From IMG/VR virus record IMGVR_UViG_3300007511_000003, positions 104,901 to 168,900 of that record: a stretch of DNA of 64,000 bases. The stretch is one strand, 5' to 3'. Numbering within the stretch: the stretch's first letter is position 1; each line of letters begins with the position of its first letter. The notes under the pieces were generated by a model. The model searched no databases, was not told where the DNA came from, and saw nothing but the letters and a program-made list of their open reading frames with translations. A program made the position numbers and the translations under genes. The stretch comes from a virus. Below, in pieces: positions 53,454-64,000 of this stretch.

Positions 53454-55328
53454 ATGGCTATCAAGATAATCGATCCCAAACAGGCGTCCTATGCGAAGGT
53501 CTTCGAAGACCTCCAGAAGAATGTTGAGGCGCGTGTTGACTTCAATAGCTGGAAAGATTTCTACGAAAGCGGTAGTGGTGTTACCGTCACCCAGTTGTTG
53601 GCAGGTCTCGGTTCCTTTTTGTCCTACAACTCTCTGGCTTCACGCCGTGAGAGCGGTCTTTACACAGCCAAACTCCGCAGCTCTCTTTACAGCCTTTGCG
53701 ATACTCTAGGTTATCCCCCAAACCGAAAACTCTCCGCTCAACTCCGCCTACAGATGACTATCAACCAACCTCAGTTCTGGGACCGTACGATCCCTCTCGG
53801 GGTTCTAGGTGGTGTTTCTTTGTCCTTGATCGATAGTCATCATTTTACAGGTGGTGACCACCTCATTAACGTGGTATGTGGAGAGTGGGAAACCTTTACT
53901 TATACATCTGACACCAACAGGGCGTTCGCTGAGATCCAGTTTCCTGACCTGGATATTGACGCGATTGATAACCGGTTTATCGAGCTCTACATCAACGGCG
54001 AAAAGATCGAGCTTACCCTGTACCCGGAAGAGATGACGGAACAGAACGTCCTACTCAAAACAATGGCGGATAGGCTGTCCTTGGTCTTTGGGTTCCAAAA
54101 TCTGGGTCGCCAGCTTCTTAAGGGAGATAACATAGAGCTCAAGTATATCAGGGTCCACGGGGTCCCAACAACGGGCTATAACTTACCGAATGCCCAGCTG
54201 GATATCGAGGGTGTGGTTGCTCATGACATGCAGTTGATTGAGAACCTCGCTGCCCCTGACCCAATGATTAAGCTGACGCGGGTAGCCAGTGGTTACTTTG
54301 CCTCCAAACGTCGGATGGTTTCACGTGAGGATCACGAGTTCCTTATCATGAGCTATGAGGGCATCATATCTGCCAAGGTTAATCCCGGTTGGTGTCAGAT
54401 CGAGGATGGTGAAGGGAACATCACCAACTATTACGAGAAATATTTCTCACCCAAGGAATGCCGTGAAGCAGGAGGTAATTGGAAACGCCCTTTTGAGTGT
54501 TGTACCATCGAGATCGCTTATCTATACATTGATGAGCACATTATGCTGGATACCGAAGAGGACCACATCTTAACCTATTTGGATGAGTTCCGGATGCAAG
54601 GCGAAGAGATCATTTTTCGGGACCCAGAAGTTGTATTGGTAGACGCACAGGTCGTGATTGTGATGCAAGAGGGTACGGATACTGCAGGGTTTGATGATTA
54701 CATGCGGGATGCCCTTGAGAAGCAGATGTTTATCCTAGGGGGTAAGTTTTCGACGGCGGAGATTGTAGCGGCAGGTAATATGTTGGATGGTGTTATCAGA
54801 ACTTATTTGACCAAACCTATCGCGGACCGTCAACTCCCCTTCTGGAAGTACTTCAAGCTGCGTACGGTAGCTGTGACCTACACGACTGACCAAGCAGAAG
54901 TGCTTGAGTTTGGTTCCTCTCCTGATAGTGGTTACCAGCAGGATTGTGTTTACGGGGCTCTTTGCTTACACATTGCCAAAGGTGGTGAGGGTAACACTGG
55001 TGAGTTTGAGATCTGGGTTGACGGCCAGTTGTGGCGTACAGAGACGACCGACGTTCCTTACAACTCTACTGGTGAATGGGACTTCCTGTCACTCGAGGAA
55101 CTCTACCTCAGTTCCAACATCAACCACCAGGTTATGATTAAACCAGTCAATGCTAACAGCCATATCTTGGTGAACAAGATTGTGTATGATGCTCGTGGGT
55201 ATGAGGCTAAGACTGACGGCGCGGTAGGCGCCACCCAAGGCGCCGCCCATAGTGGGGCTGTTGAGTTTGATTCTTACGTCAAACTCAACCAGCATGGAAC
55301 CCTGACGTTTAACGTGATGCCAGAGTGA
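53454..55328 (+). CDS. Baseplate wedge gp6-like protein with C-terminal CBM-like domain
   Basis: W.DF.ES..G, TAKLRSS...LGY, RMVSREDH. Confidence 0.85.
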   Translation: MAIKIIDPKQASYAKVFEDLQKNVEARVDFNSWKDFYESGSGVTVTQLLAGLGSFLSYNSLASRRESGLYTAKLRSSLYSLCDTLGYPPNRKLSAQLRLQMTINQPQFWDRTIPLGVLGGVSLSLIDSHHFTGGDHLINVVCGEWETFTYTSDTNRAFAEIQFPDLDIDAIDNRFIELYINGEKIELTLYPEEMTEQNVLLKTMADRLSLVFGFQNLGRQLLKGDNIELKYIRVHGVPTTGYNLPNAQLDIEGVVAHDMQLIENLAAPDPMIKLTRVASGYFASKRRMVSREDHEFLIMSYEGIISAKVNPGWCQIEDGEGNITNYYEKYFSPKECREAGGNWKRPFECCTIEIAYLYIDEHIMLDTEEDHILTYLDEFRMQGEEIIFRDPEVVLVDAQVVIVMQEGTDTAGFDDYMRDALEKQMFILGGKFSTAEIVAAGNMLDGVIRTYLTKPIADRQLPFWKYFKLRTVAVTYTTDQAEVLEFGSSPDSGYQQDCVYGALCLHIAKGGEGNTGEFEIWVDGQLWRTETTDVPYNSTGEWDFLSLEELYLSSNINHQVMIKPVNANSHILVNKIVYDARGYEAKTDGAVGATQGAAHSGAVEFDSYVKLNQHGTLTFNVMPE

Positions 55329-55332
55329 CCTG

Positions 55333-58300
55333 ATGGTAACCAAAACTCCGCACTCGATGCGGATTTTTAACAAGTCAATTGCCAACGTAGAGGACTATTT
55401 TCCATACGAACTCCGCGGCGAACCCCTGTACCAAAAGGTTGCAGAGCTCTCCCAATGGATTGTCGAGGAGTTCCATGATAAAGACATCCGCAAGGTCCGT
55501 AACTTTTGGAACGCGGGCCATGAGGATTTCGATGCCTCTGCTGTCCTCAAGATGCTTGGTGGGGAGATCTACGACAAACATCTCTTTAATGAGACATCAA
55601 AGACGACCCTCACACACCTCATAAGCCGCCTTTACAACCTCAAGGGTACCTATAAGGGCCTTCGCTTGTTGCTGGGCTTGTTGGACCTTGACGGGACTGT
55701 GTACGAATGGTGGAAAATCAACCGTGACATTGAACGTCAACAAGGTGAGTGGGAAACCTGGATCGCCGACCCGTCTATCGGTGAAGACGGGATGGAACCC
55801 TGCACGGTTATCATTGATCTTGGTGTTGGTGACTGGGTTCTCGATGAAACCCTAGACGAACGCCTCGCACTCCTGATCCAGACCTTTTTGTGGGTATGCG
55901 TCAAGGTTGACGAGATTCGTTGGCTCAAGCCCATCATTGATCAGGTAGAGTCTAGTACCTTATTCAATTCTGAAATGGAGATTTATACCGCCGACCGGTA
56001 TAACGCTCTCCGCTTTTATTGCCCTAACGTTCCCATTGTTGGGATTGGTTGGGACACTCCCACTAAAGTCTATGATTGTCCAATTGTAGGTGAGTTCACC
56101 GTTCTCTCCATCACAGACCCAAATCGTGTGTTGGTATTGGCCGCCGACCACTATTACGAAGAAGAGTTACCTTTGTGGTACGGTATCGACCCAGATTGGG
56201 TATGGTATGTCGGTGAAGGCGGATACCTCATTCCGGGAGAGCATCGTGAATTTACCCTGACAGTCGGTGAATTTGTTGTTGGGGAAGGATACGACGTTAC
56301 TGTAGGGTTGGACTGGAGCCTACAGGTCCAACCGGATATTTGGGTTCCCGAATCCCCGGGAATCCAATACGTAGGTGAATGCCCTGGCTTTCCTGGGTTT
56401 CCAGTCGCTGGTTCCATTATTGAACGGATTGAACAAACTCACGAGGTGGAAACACCCTACCAGATTATTAATGAGTTTGTTGTTAGCCCAGAGAGGGTCG
56501 TTTCCGACCAGTATGTAGTCTGGGCGCCGTTACCCCTACCTTGGTCTGAGGAGTGCTGGCAATACGTAGGCACTTTTGATGTAGGTCCTGATGAGACGGT
56601 AGGTGTTAACTGGAGGCAGTATGAGTACTTCCCCTCAGGGATTCAGATTACCCACCAAGAGATTGGTCTGGCTGAGGATCATTTCATCAACGCCAGTATC
56701 CTGTCAGAGTTGGATTTTCCGACTATCATGGCTGTGGCTGAGGATTCAATCCCAGAAGATCTTGCCTACCAAGTGGATTGGGCGCAGTTTACAGGAGGTG
56801 ACTTGATCGCAGAGCGTTTCCTTGAGGTGGGGGACGCCGTTGCTAATCCAGTGGTGGGTGGTTTTAACGTCGGAGACTTTACCGAGGACTTCACAATCCT
56901 TGAGCGGCACTACAGCCGACAAAATGAGGATGGTACTTACTACTATCTAAACTGGTTGGAGATGCCCCTTCAAGAGGTAGAACTCTCCAATCGGGTGATC
57001 GTCTCGACCGACAATCTGGTAGGTCACTTCACAGTAGGTGCCTACGAAGTTGGATCCACCTTGATCGTTGGAGATTTCAAAGTAGGTGATTGGTCACACC
57101 ATGTCCTCCCAGCAGACGCCAATATATATGCCGCAATGGCGGACCTACAATCGCATACCGAACTAGGATTTGACAATGTTTCGCCAGACTTGAGACAGGA
57201 CCTTTTTGGTGACATTGAAACGTCCGCTGAAGAACTAGAGTCCGCGTTCCTGACATCGGTTGTCGGGGACTTTATTATTGGGGATGGAACACACCTTGCA
57301 GGGTACGGTTCACACCTTAGCCACATTGAGACAGTAGAAGGTGCGTTCTACGGTCCCTACTCTCGGTCGACTCCGAGTTGGACAGAAGCCAGCGGTGAAC
57401 ACCACCTGTACCGGGCTGGCGGCCAGCATACCATCGGATCCTTTGTTGTTGGTGGGGGGTACCAAGAACTTCTGCCGTGGTTCCAAGCTGATACTGAAAT
57501 TGATTGGGCGACCGTTATTCCGGTTGATGACCCCTACGAGGTGTTACTAGAAGAGCGGGCAGTTGATCATTGGTTGGACCTCGACAAGAATCGATTTGAC
57601 TTCTCTTATTTGGAGGACCTAGATCCTGTTCTAGTACGCGTAGGTGATCCGCTTGTCGGCGCTTTCGATGTCGGTCAAGTACTAGCTCGTCGTACTTCTG
57701 ACAAACATTGGTTTCACCACCATCATGACGTGGTTGAAGTTGGAGCCTTTCACGTAGGTGAGATTGATGTGGGACAGGTCCACGAACACAGGGACCTTGA
57801 GGGGCCGTGGCCTGTAGTCGGCGTCTCCCACCTCAGGCAACCGGAACAAGAGGTGGGCTTTGTTGGTCACTACTCTGCTAACCCAGAGGCCACTGTAGGC
57901 GCTTTCATTGTAGGGGCTCATGCGGTAGGAAGCCTTACGGTCGGGGACTTCATCGTTGGTAACTCTAACTACCACGTGTTGCCAGATTCCGTCCACTATG
58001 TTACCTCCAACCTGACTCTCTCCCAAGAGGTAGAATCTTTTGCCGGGACCATAGATTCAGATGATAGTTGGGGCCAACAACAGGTTGAAACAGAGATCTG
58101 GACAAACCTTCAACTAATCGTCGGGCAGTTTGTTGTTGGTGCCGAGGTTGTTCGTGGTTGGGGTTCTTCTCTGCATACGCTGGAAGATGAAGTCCTTGCT
58201 TCTGCTTATGATGTGTCCCAGCCCTACGTCGAAGCAGAAGCCCAGTCAGTTCCCAACCTGGTAGGTACCATCGTTATTGGGCAGTTCGTTGTCGGTCCTT

Positions 58301-61300
58301 CGATTAACCTTGAGTGGTTTGGCCACGATGAAGTAGACTCAATTACCACGAACGTGCCCAGTGATGACCTCCTGGGGTTTGCTCCTACCCTCGAGGACCT
58401 TGCAAGTGACCTTAGGGCTCAAGACCCCCTAAGGTTTGTCCTAGGTGCCCTCGAGGGATTGGTAAGCAGCGCCCCTGTTCAGGTGAATGACTTTGAGGTC
58501 GGTGGCTTTACAGTAGGCGAACAGTACCAAGGTACTACAGACGGGCATTTTTACAAGGAAGCCCTGGAATTTCCCTTGGTAGGGTCCTTTGATGTAGGGG
58601 CCACTGTTATCGAACCCTTCGTTCAAACTCGGTTGTATGGCCCACTATTAGTTGGGGAATTTGACGTTGGGTCCACTGAGATCGGCTCTGACGTTGAGGC
58701 CTCCCGTCTTTACGGTCCGACGGTTAATCCTGTCGCTATTGGTCATTTCCGTGTACCAGAACAGGAAGCTTATTTCGAGCAAAGGTTTAACCTGAGTCCT
58801 TCTTTGCTGGTCGGGGAGTTTACCGTAACGTCCCATGAGGTAGGGGGCTTAACAGTAGGGTCCTTCATTGTTGGAGGTGCCGACCATCATGTGATCGAAC
58901 ACCAGGACTTCATCTTTGACCTCACGGGTGTTGGTCTCCAAGAAGCCCTAACATCGACTGTTGAACTGGGAACCGACCAATTAGAGGTCGGAGACAGCCA
59001 GACTTCGATTGATACCCCTTACTCTGAAATCGTCGGAAAATTTGTCGTTGGCGCCGCCACTGTTAGCGGGATGGCGGACACTCTTGATAGTTCAACAACA
59101 GGTTCCTACTTTGAGAGTGCCTATGTTCCAACGTTTGACAACCAAGTGGATCCACATGAGTTCGTTCCTAATTATGTGGGGGCCTTCCTCGTCGGTGAGT
59201 TTACGGTAGGCTTCAAGACAGATTGGACCCGGTTATCAGAAGAAGTTGGGGTCGAAACGTCGGTATCTGCCACAGATGAATTGGATACCTTGTCGGCTGT
59301 TGAGACTTGGACGGATCCCTATAACTTGGACCCGATGCGTTTCGACTGGAGTGTTCTCGAAGACCCCGAAGTCGAACACCATCCTACTCTTGTTGGACAA
59401 TTTATAATAGGTGCCCATACCCTAGGAAATCTGCAAGAGCGTCACACCGCTACTGACGGGCATTGGGTAGGGGACGTTGCTCGCTTGGTCGAAGTTGGTG
59501 AGTTGCTTGTAGGAGCTTTTGACGTAGGACAATCTTTGGTTGTCCCTACTTTACATCCCGTTGGTTCTGACCCATTAGGTATCAGCCACTTACGGGCCCC
59601 TCACCAAGAACACTCGATGGTCGAAGAATTCCAGTTGAATGCTGGGGTTATCGTCGGTCGGTTTAACGTTGACTTGGTGGCTGTAGACGAATCGTTGGTT
59701 GTTGGGGCTTTCAACGTTAGTGGGGCAGAGGCTAACGTACTACCACACAAGAACTACATCACAGACCAAATAGGCGTCCAGGAAGTATCTAACATAGAAC
59801 AACCAGTTGGGGTTGGCCAAGAATTCGACCATCAATTGACGGTTGCTTATGAAGACAGCCAAATGGCGTTTGTCGGGTCCTTCCTTGTGGGAGAGGCCAA
59901 TATATTTGGTCACACATCGGTTCAAGAAGCGGTTATCGAGGAAGGGTTCAGCGACACTGTTACACCTCATGTCGTAGTGGTTGGTCCTCGATTAGTCGGT
60001 ACCTTTAACGTTGGTGCGGACTCGGACTGGGTGGGTGCTGACGTTCATGTGGTCTATGAAGAACCTATGACCTCAGATGATACGTTTAATGCCCTCCAGA
60101 GGTCCTACCTCGCGAGTTCCCTGGATGGACTACCCTTAGATCGTTTTGACTTCTCGGGCCTGCCTAACACCTCTCAGGCCCCTTTGCAGGTGAACGGATT
60201 TATTGTTGATGATGGAACGGTGGTTGGCCAGCAGTTAGCTCAAGCGTCAGACGGTCATTATACAAGGACCGAATTCCTGTCCGAGGGTATCCCACATCTT
60301 GAATCCACCGTTTATCCACTGCTGGTTGGCGATTTCACGGTTGGGGTAGCAGATGCCATAGGCGACCAGATTGCGGTTGATGAAGAGGTAGATAGTTATC
60401 AGTTCGAGAAAGTGCTAGAAGGGCCCGCTGGAGGTCTTCCAGGCGTGTCCCATCTGACGTTCGGGGACCAAGACGTTGCCTATCAAGAAACTTGTGATGT
60501 TAATCCACGTGCCACCGTTGGGTCTTTTGTGGTCGGCTCTAACTTGGTCGGTTCTTTGGTCGTTAATGAATTCCTGGTGGGTGCTGCCGACTACTATGTA
60601 ATGAGCGATGAGGATTGGACCGCCTCTGATCAGATCACTCACCTGGAACAAGGCGAAGCCTTCGATGACACCGCTCCTCCGATGGATTCTGCTTTTACCA
60701 CAGGAACGCAAGGTACCTCGGTTACAACTCCGGTGACCCAGACCGTAGGATCTTTCATCGTTGGACAGGACATCGTTCGAGGACATACCTGCCAGTTAGA
60801 CATTCACCAGGAATTGGGGGACGCGATCTTCCACGATGAATATAACACTTCAATATTGGTCGGAGACTATCCTGTCGGGGCTTTTGTTGTCGGGCACCAA
60901 AATACCGATTTTCTCTCTGACATAAGGCAAGCGGTTGGCTTTGACCAACAGGTGGCTTCTGATGACAACCACCATGTGATGGCCGAAACGTCTTTGGAAT
61001 CTACCCATGTAGGACTCCAGGAACTACCCCTACAGCTTTTGTCGGACCTACATACCATCGAGATCCCACAAATGGTTGGGCAGTTTGTTGTAGGTTCAGA
61101 ATCTATGGTGGGTGCCCAGCAAGTAACAGGAACATCTGACGGTCACCACATGGTGCCACGGCTGGAGGTTCTTGAAGTCGGGGCTTTTACAGTCGGTTTT
61201 GTGTTGGTAGGATCCTATGAAGTACACGAAGAGTTGGTGCGTCCCTCAGATATAGGGGCCTCTCACTTGTCTAGCCCTTACCAGGATGTTGAACTCTCAG

Positions 61301-62652
61301 ACACGGTCAAGGTTAACTGTCCATTGGTTGTGGGTAACTTTAATATCTTCAGCCTGCCTGTAAGTGAAGACCTGATAGTAGACCGGTTCTTTGTAGGTGC
61401 TGCCACACATTACATCCAAGAGGACAAACCCTATGTCACTGACTGGTCCCAAGCCCTGGTAGAAGATTTTGACGTGGCAGGAAACCCTATAGGTGCCGAG
61501 GTAGTGATCCTTGGGTATCGCGAGGCTACCATTGAAAACAACCTTTACGATAACTCAGGGGATGCTACGTCAGGGTTGGTTGAGAGCGTTTACATGGAAG
61601 GGCGTTTTGAATTTGACCTTCCCATGACTATCGAGGATCAAATCCTGGTAGATGATGATTACTTAGAGGAGATGTTGGTAGCCATCCAGGACCAGCAAAC
61701 CCTTTCGGATTCCTTGGACATTATCGAACTAGACGGTACTCGCACTACAACCTTGCCGGGTAACCAGATTCAGTCTGGGCATACCGATCAAGTGGTAACA
61801 GGCGCTTCCTTTGGTTTCGAGTCCACAGTGGCTATGGAGGAGGGACCCTACCCTGTTATAGGGACTTTCATTGTAGGGGATGGTACCGTAATATCAGGGG
61901 CTGAGAGTCGGCTGCAACTTGAGTATGAAGCCGACGATCTTATGTTCGCAGACCCATATGTTCTCGAAGTGTTGGTTGGTAACTGTGTTGTTGGAGCCTT
62001 TGAAGTCCAGCCCCATGACACCGACCACATTAATTTTGGAACGAATCAAGACTTGACCACTAACGTGAACCATGCCGACCAGGTAGGTGTACAAGAGTTG
62101 CTTGGGGTTCATAACGTGTTTGAGAAGCAAGTACAAACAGCGGACCTCCAAAGCATAGAACACCTGCTGGTAACCCAGAGGGTATACGAGGTTGGAGAGT
62201 TCGTAGTAGGTCTTGCTATTTCCGTAGGTCAAATGGTGCGAGTGGACCCGCGTACTTCAGATGGCCATTATGTTCAACCAACGTCTATGGTCCTTACCGT
62301 GGGCGAATTCATCGTAAACGAAAGGAGCGTAGGCGAAACTTGGACTGAAGACGTTTTGACGGGCCCACTTGATGTGTTGGGTGTGAGCCATGTAGTGGAA
62401 ACTGTTGATACAGGTCTGGTCTCTCTGTATGGTCAGACAGGCACTGTTGTTGGCGGTTTTATTGTGGATGTGACTGAGGTCGGATCTTCGTTGTTGGTTG
62501 ATGGGTTTGTTGTTGGGGCCTCCCCTACCTATGTGACAGCGGATCAGCCGGAAGGCTCCGATTTCGCAGGTGTAAAGATTGAGGAGTATGACGTGCAAGG
62601 TGCGCTCATATCAACTGAGTACAGAAATTTGAGTTTGGGCATCCCTGCCTAA
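55333..62652 (+). CDS. gp7-like baseplate protein with a giant acidic VGxFxVG-repeat extension
   Basis: N-terminal LYNLKGT..GL.LLL....VYEWW; dozens of VG.F.VG motifs follow. Confidence 0.75.
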   Translation: MVTKTPHSMRIFNKSIANVEDYFPYELRGEPLYQKVAELSQWIVEEFHDKDIRKVRNFWNAGHEDFDASAVLKMLGGEIYDKHLFNETSKTTLTHLISRLYNLKGTYKGLRLLLGLLDLDGTVYEWWKINRDIERQQGEWETWIADPSIGEDGMEPCTVIIDLGVGDWVLDETLDERLALLIQTFLWVCVKVDEIRWLKPIIDQVESSTLFNSEMEIYTADRYNALRFYCPNVPIVGIGWDTPTKVYDCPIVGEFTVLSITDPNRVLVLAADHYYEEELPLWYGIDPDWVWYVGEGGYLIPGEHREFTLTVGEFVVGEGYDVTVGLDWSLQVQPDIWVPESPGIQYVGECPGFPGFPVAGSIIERIEQTHEVETPYQIINEFVVSPERVVSDQYVVWAPLPLPWSEECWQYVGTFDVGPDETVGVNWRQYEYFPSGIQITHQEIGLAEDHFINASILSELDFPTIMAVAEDSIPEDLAYQVDWAQFTGGDLIAERFLEVGDAVANPVVGGFNVGDFTEDFTILERHYSRQNEDGTYYYLNWLEMPLQEVELSNRVIVSTDNLVGHFTVGAYEVGSTLIVGDFKVGDWSHHVLPADANIYAAMADLQSHTELGFDNVSPDLRQDLFGDIETSAEELESAFLTSVVGDFIIGDGTHLAGYGSHLSHIETVEGAFYGPYSRSTPSWTEASGEHHLYRAGGQHTIGSFVVGGGYQELLPWFQADTEIDWATVIPVDDPYEVLLEERAVDHWLDLDKNRFDFSYLEDLDPVLVRVGDPLVGAFDVGQVLARRTSDKHWFHHHHDVVEVGAFHVGEIDVGQVHEHRDLEGPWPVVGVSHLRQPEQEVGFVGHYSANPEATVGAFIVGAHAVGSLTVGDFIVGNSNYHVLPDSVHYVTSNLTLSQEVESFAGTIDSDDSWGQQQVETEIWTNLQLIVGQFVVGAEVVRGWGSSLHTLEDEVLASAYDVSQPYVEAEAQSVPNLVGTIVIGQFVVGPSINLEWFGHDEVDSITTNVPSDDLLGFAPTLEDLASDLRAQDPLRFVLGALEGLVSSAPVQVNDFEVGGFTVGEQYQGTTDGHFYKEALEFPLVGSFDVGATVIEPFVQTRLYGPLLVGEFDVGSTEIGSDVEASRLYGPTVNPVAIGHFRVPEQEAYFEQRFNLSPSLLVGEFTVTSHEVGGLTVGSFIVGGADHHVIEHQDFIFDLTGVGLQEALTSTVELGTDQLEVGDSQTSIDTPYSEIVGKFVVGAATVSGMADTLDSSTTGSYFESAYVPTFDNQVDPHEFVPNYVGAFLVGEFTVGFKTDWTRLSEEVGVETSVSATDELDTLSAVETWTDPYNLDPMRFDWSVLEDPEVEHHPTLVGQFIIGAHTLGNLQERHTATDGHWVGDVARLVEVGELLVGAFDVGQSLVVPTLHPVGSDPLGISHLRAPHQEHSMVEEFQLNAGVIVGRFNVDLVAVDESLVVGAFNVSGAEANVLPHKNYITDQIGVQEVSNIEQPVGVGQEFDHQLTVAYEDSQMAFVGSFLVGEANIFGHTSVQEAVIEEGFSDTVTPHVVVVGPRLVGTFNVGADSDWVGADVHVVYEEPMTSDDTFNALQRSYLASSLDGLPLDRFDFSGLPNTSQAPLQVNGFIVDDGTVVGQQLAQASDGHYTRTEFLSEGIPHLESTVYPLLVGDFTVGVADAIGDQIAVDEEVDSYQFEKVLEGPAGGLPGVSHLTFGDQDVAYQETCDVNPRATVGSFVVGSNLVGSLVVNEFLVGAADYYVMSDEDWTASDQITHLEQGEAFDDTAPPMDSAFTTGTQGTSVTTPVTQTVGSFIVGQDIVRGHTCQLDIHQELGDAIFHDEYNTSILVGDYPVGAFVVGHQNTDFLSDIRQAVGFDQQVASDDNHHVMAETSLESTHVGLQELPLQLLSDLHTIEIPQMVGQFVVGSESMVGAQQVTGTSDGHHMVPRLEVLEVGAFTVGFVLVGSYEVHEELVRPSDIGASHLSSPYQDVELSDTVKVNCPLVVGNFNIFSLPVSEDLIVDRFFVGAATHYIQEDKPYVTDWSQALVEDFDVAGNPIGAEVVILGYREATIENNLYDNSGDATSGLVESVYMEGRFEFDLPMTIEDQILVDDDYLEEMLVAIQDQQTLSDSLDIIELDGTRTTTLPGNQIQSGHTDQVVTGASFGFESTVAMEEGPYPVIGTFIVGDGTVISGAESRLQLEYEADDLMFADPYVLEVLVGNCVVGAFEVQPHDTDHINFGTNQDLTTNVNHADQVGVQELLGVHNVFEKQVQTADLQSIEHLLVTQRVYEVGEFVVGLAISVGQMVRVDPRTSDGHYVQPTSMVLTVGEFIVNERSVGETWTEDVLTGPLDVLGVSHVVETVDTGLVSLYGQTGTVVGGFIVDVTEVGSSLLVDGFVVGASPTYVTADQPEGSDFAGVKIEEYDVQGALISTEYRNLSLGIPA

Positions 62653-62723
62653 GTTAGGGATTTTTCCCTACGCTAATTTTACTCAACTGTGCTTTAGGGA
62701 TAACCTACGGACCAAATGAGGAT

Positions 62724-63302
62724 TTGGACATGAGATTGCGTGATAACATACGAACAGGAATGGAGATGGGAATGAACCAAGCGATTGTGTTGGACGACAC
62801 TATCCAGGTTCGCGGTGCCGTCCGTGCAATGTTCTGGGACTACGAGAGCCCTGACAGTGATCGGATCGTGGGCCAGGGTATCTGTCATGAAAAGACCAAC
62901 CTGATTGTGAACCTGGCCCGGAAGGCGCTGGCACACCTCGTTGCTGAGGGTGAAGGCGTGTACGTGGTCAACACGTTCAAATTGGGTACTCAAGGTCACA
63001 GCGGTACGGATATTTTGACCCCAGTGGATCCGACCGTGACTGACACCGGGCTGATTGATGGAGCACCTTTTTCCAAGGCCATCACAACCCTTGAATACTT
63101 GCCGGTAGGCAATGAAACATCAGTGAAGTTCACGATCCCCGTGGAAAAGGCAGAGGCGAACGGTGGTGGCGGTGGATCCGTCGCATATACCGAGGCCGGG
63201 TTGTTTTCGACAAACGGGAACCTCTTTGCGCGGGAGACCTTTCCTGCGATCGTGAAAAACGCCAATCGCAAGGTTACCTTTGAGTGGACCTTGCTGTTTT
63301 AA
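62724..63302 (+). CDS. Tail collar / fibre-attachment protein
   Basis: NLIVN..R, EANG...YTEAGLF...LFAR.TFP...K......EWTL. Confidence 0.75.
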   Translation: MDMRLRDNIRTGMEMGMNQAIVLDDTIQVRGAVRAMFWDYESPDSDRIVGQGICHEKTNLIVNLARKALAHLVAEGEGVYVVNTFKLGTQGHSGTDILTPVDPTVTDTGLIDGAPFSKAITTLEYLPVGNETSVKFTIPVEKAEANGGGGGSVAYTEAGLFSTNGNLFARETFPAIVKNANRKVTFEWTLLF

Positions 63303-63396
63303 CAAAGGAACCGTCCACTTTCAGGGTTATCGCTAGGTTTGTCCAAATCCTCGTTACTCCGGAGTAGACACCGCCAACTAATAGGAGATCCAACGA

Positions 63397-64000
63397 ATGT
63401 CTGTTTTTACAGTGAACCCTCAGTGGGTCATGAACGGGGAGCCAGCCTCTGGTTCACCTGACGGTGTAACCCCGTCTGGTAACCTCAACCGGGCTGTTAA
63501 CCTTGTCAATGAGAACACCAAATACCTCAAAGACCGCCTGGATGTGTCTGTCGAAGAGAACGGTGACCTGAAAGCCAGTAAGGTCCTCGAACACCTCGAC
63601 GAAACCACCGGCATTACCAACGCCAAGGTTGCGACCGGCGCCGCCATTGCCGAGGCCAAATTGGCTCTGTCTATCACAGGGCAGAACCGAGTTGGCGGCG
63701 GAACCTTCTCCGCACTCTCCGAGGTCGCCACCGATCTGCAAACCGTCTACGACCAGATCGGTCTGAGCGTGATGGGTCGGGAAGAGTTCGAGATGATCGC
63801 CGCCCAAGCCCGTGAGCAATACGCCGGCTCCGGTTTCATCGAATGGGGGAAACATCACTCGTCCGCCAGCCACCCCCCGATGGGGGAAGGTCTCTGGTCC
63901 TGGGGCTCCGGCACCCTCACCCAGCAACTCTACCTGGGACGTAGCGTATCATCCTTCGGCGGCGAGAGCCGAGCCGAGTTCCCAGTCCTCAACGTCAACG
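63397..64000 (+). CDS. Tail fibre protein, partial (runs off the right edge)
   Basis: ATG at 63397 with SD AGGAG; LNRAV...ENTKYLKD N-terminus typical of tail fibres; open to the window end. Confidence 0.75.
   Translation, partial: MSVFTVNPQWVMNGEPASGSPDGVTPSGNLNRAVNLVNENTKYLKDRLDVSVEENGDLKASKVLEHLDETTGITNAKVATGAAIAEAKLALSITGQNRVGGGTFSALSEVATDLQTVYDQIGLSVMGREEFEMIAAQAREQYAGSGFIEWGKHHSSASHPPMGEGLWSWGSGTLTQQLYLGRSVSSFGGESRAEFPVLNVN

Noticed and set aside
1-64000. CRISPR array, IS element or alternative genetic code
   Set aside because: No regularly spaced repeat-spacer units or transposase motifs were seen. Long genes are intact in code 11 and several end in TAG or TGA.

Overview
This is a 64-kb segment of a large contractile-tailed (myovirus, probably jumbo) bacteriophage genome of about 52% G+C; no host housekeeping operon or integrase is visible. 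1-7 kb (minus strand): putative head/neck genes with an embedded type IB topoisomerase. 7-11 kb: RuvC-like resolvase, a divergent sigma-like protein and an HNH nuclease. 11.5-14.4 kb: a dense RNA island. It holds intact tRNA-Gln and tRNA-Ala, a long-variable-arm tRNA-Thr, two tRNAs with mismatched acceptor stems, a tRNA-like RNA with a collapsed anticodon arm, two other structured RNAs, and a ~255-nt RNA that reproduces the 23S rRNA GTPase-associated centre (H43/H44, the L11 site) split by a ~195-nt structured insert. 15-27 kb: type IIA topoisomerase A and B subunits, QueC, two RNAP alpha-CTD-like proteins, histone-like proteins and a degenerate ligase-like domain. 27.7-30.1 kb: a hairpin-rich non-coding region followed by a divergent family-A-like polymerase. 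33.7-64 kb (plus strand): scaffold, decoration and major capsid proteins, sheath, tube, chaperones, tape measure with lysozyme, a T4-like baseplate, a 2439-aa repeat protein and the start of a tail fibre. Two promoter classes are visible: sigma70 consensus and a recurrent TGTAAATA motif. All protein calls come from motifs recognised by eye and gene order; no database searches were run.
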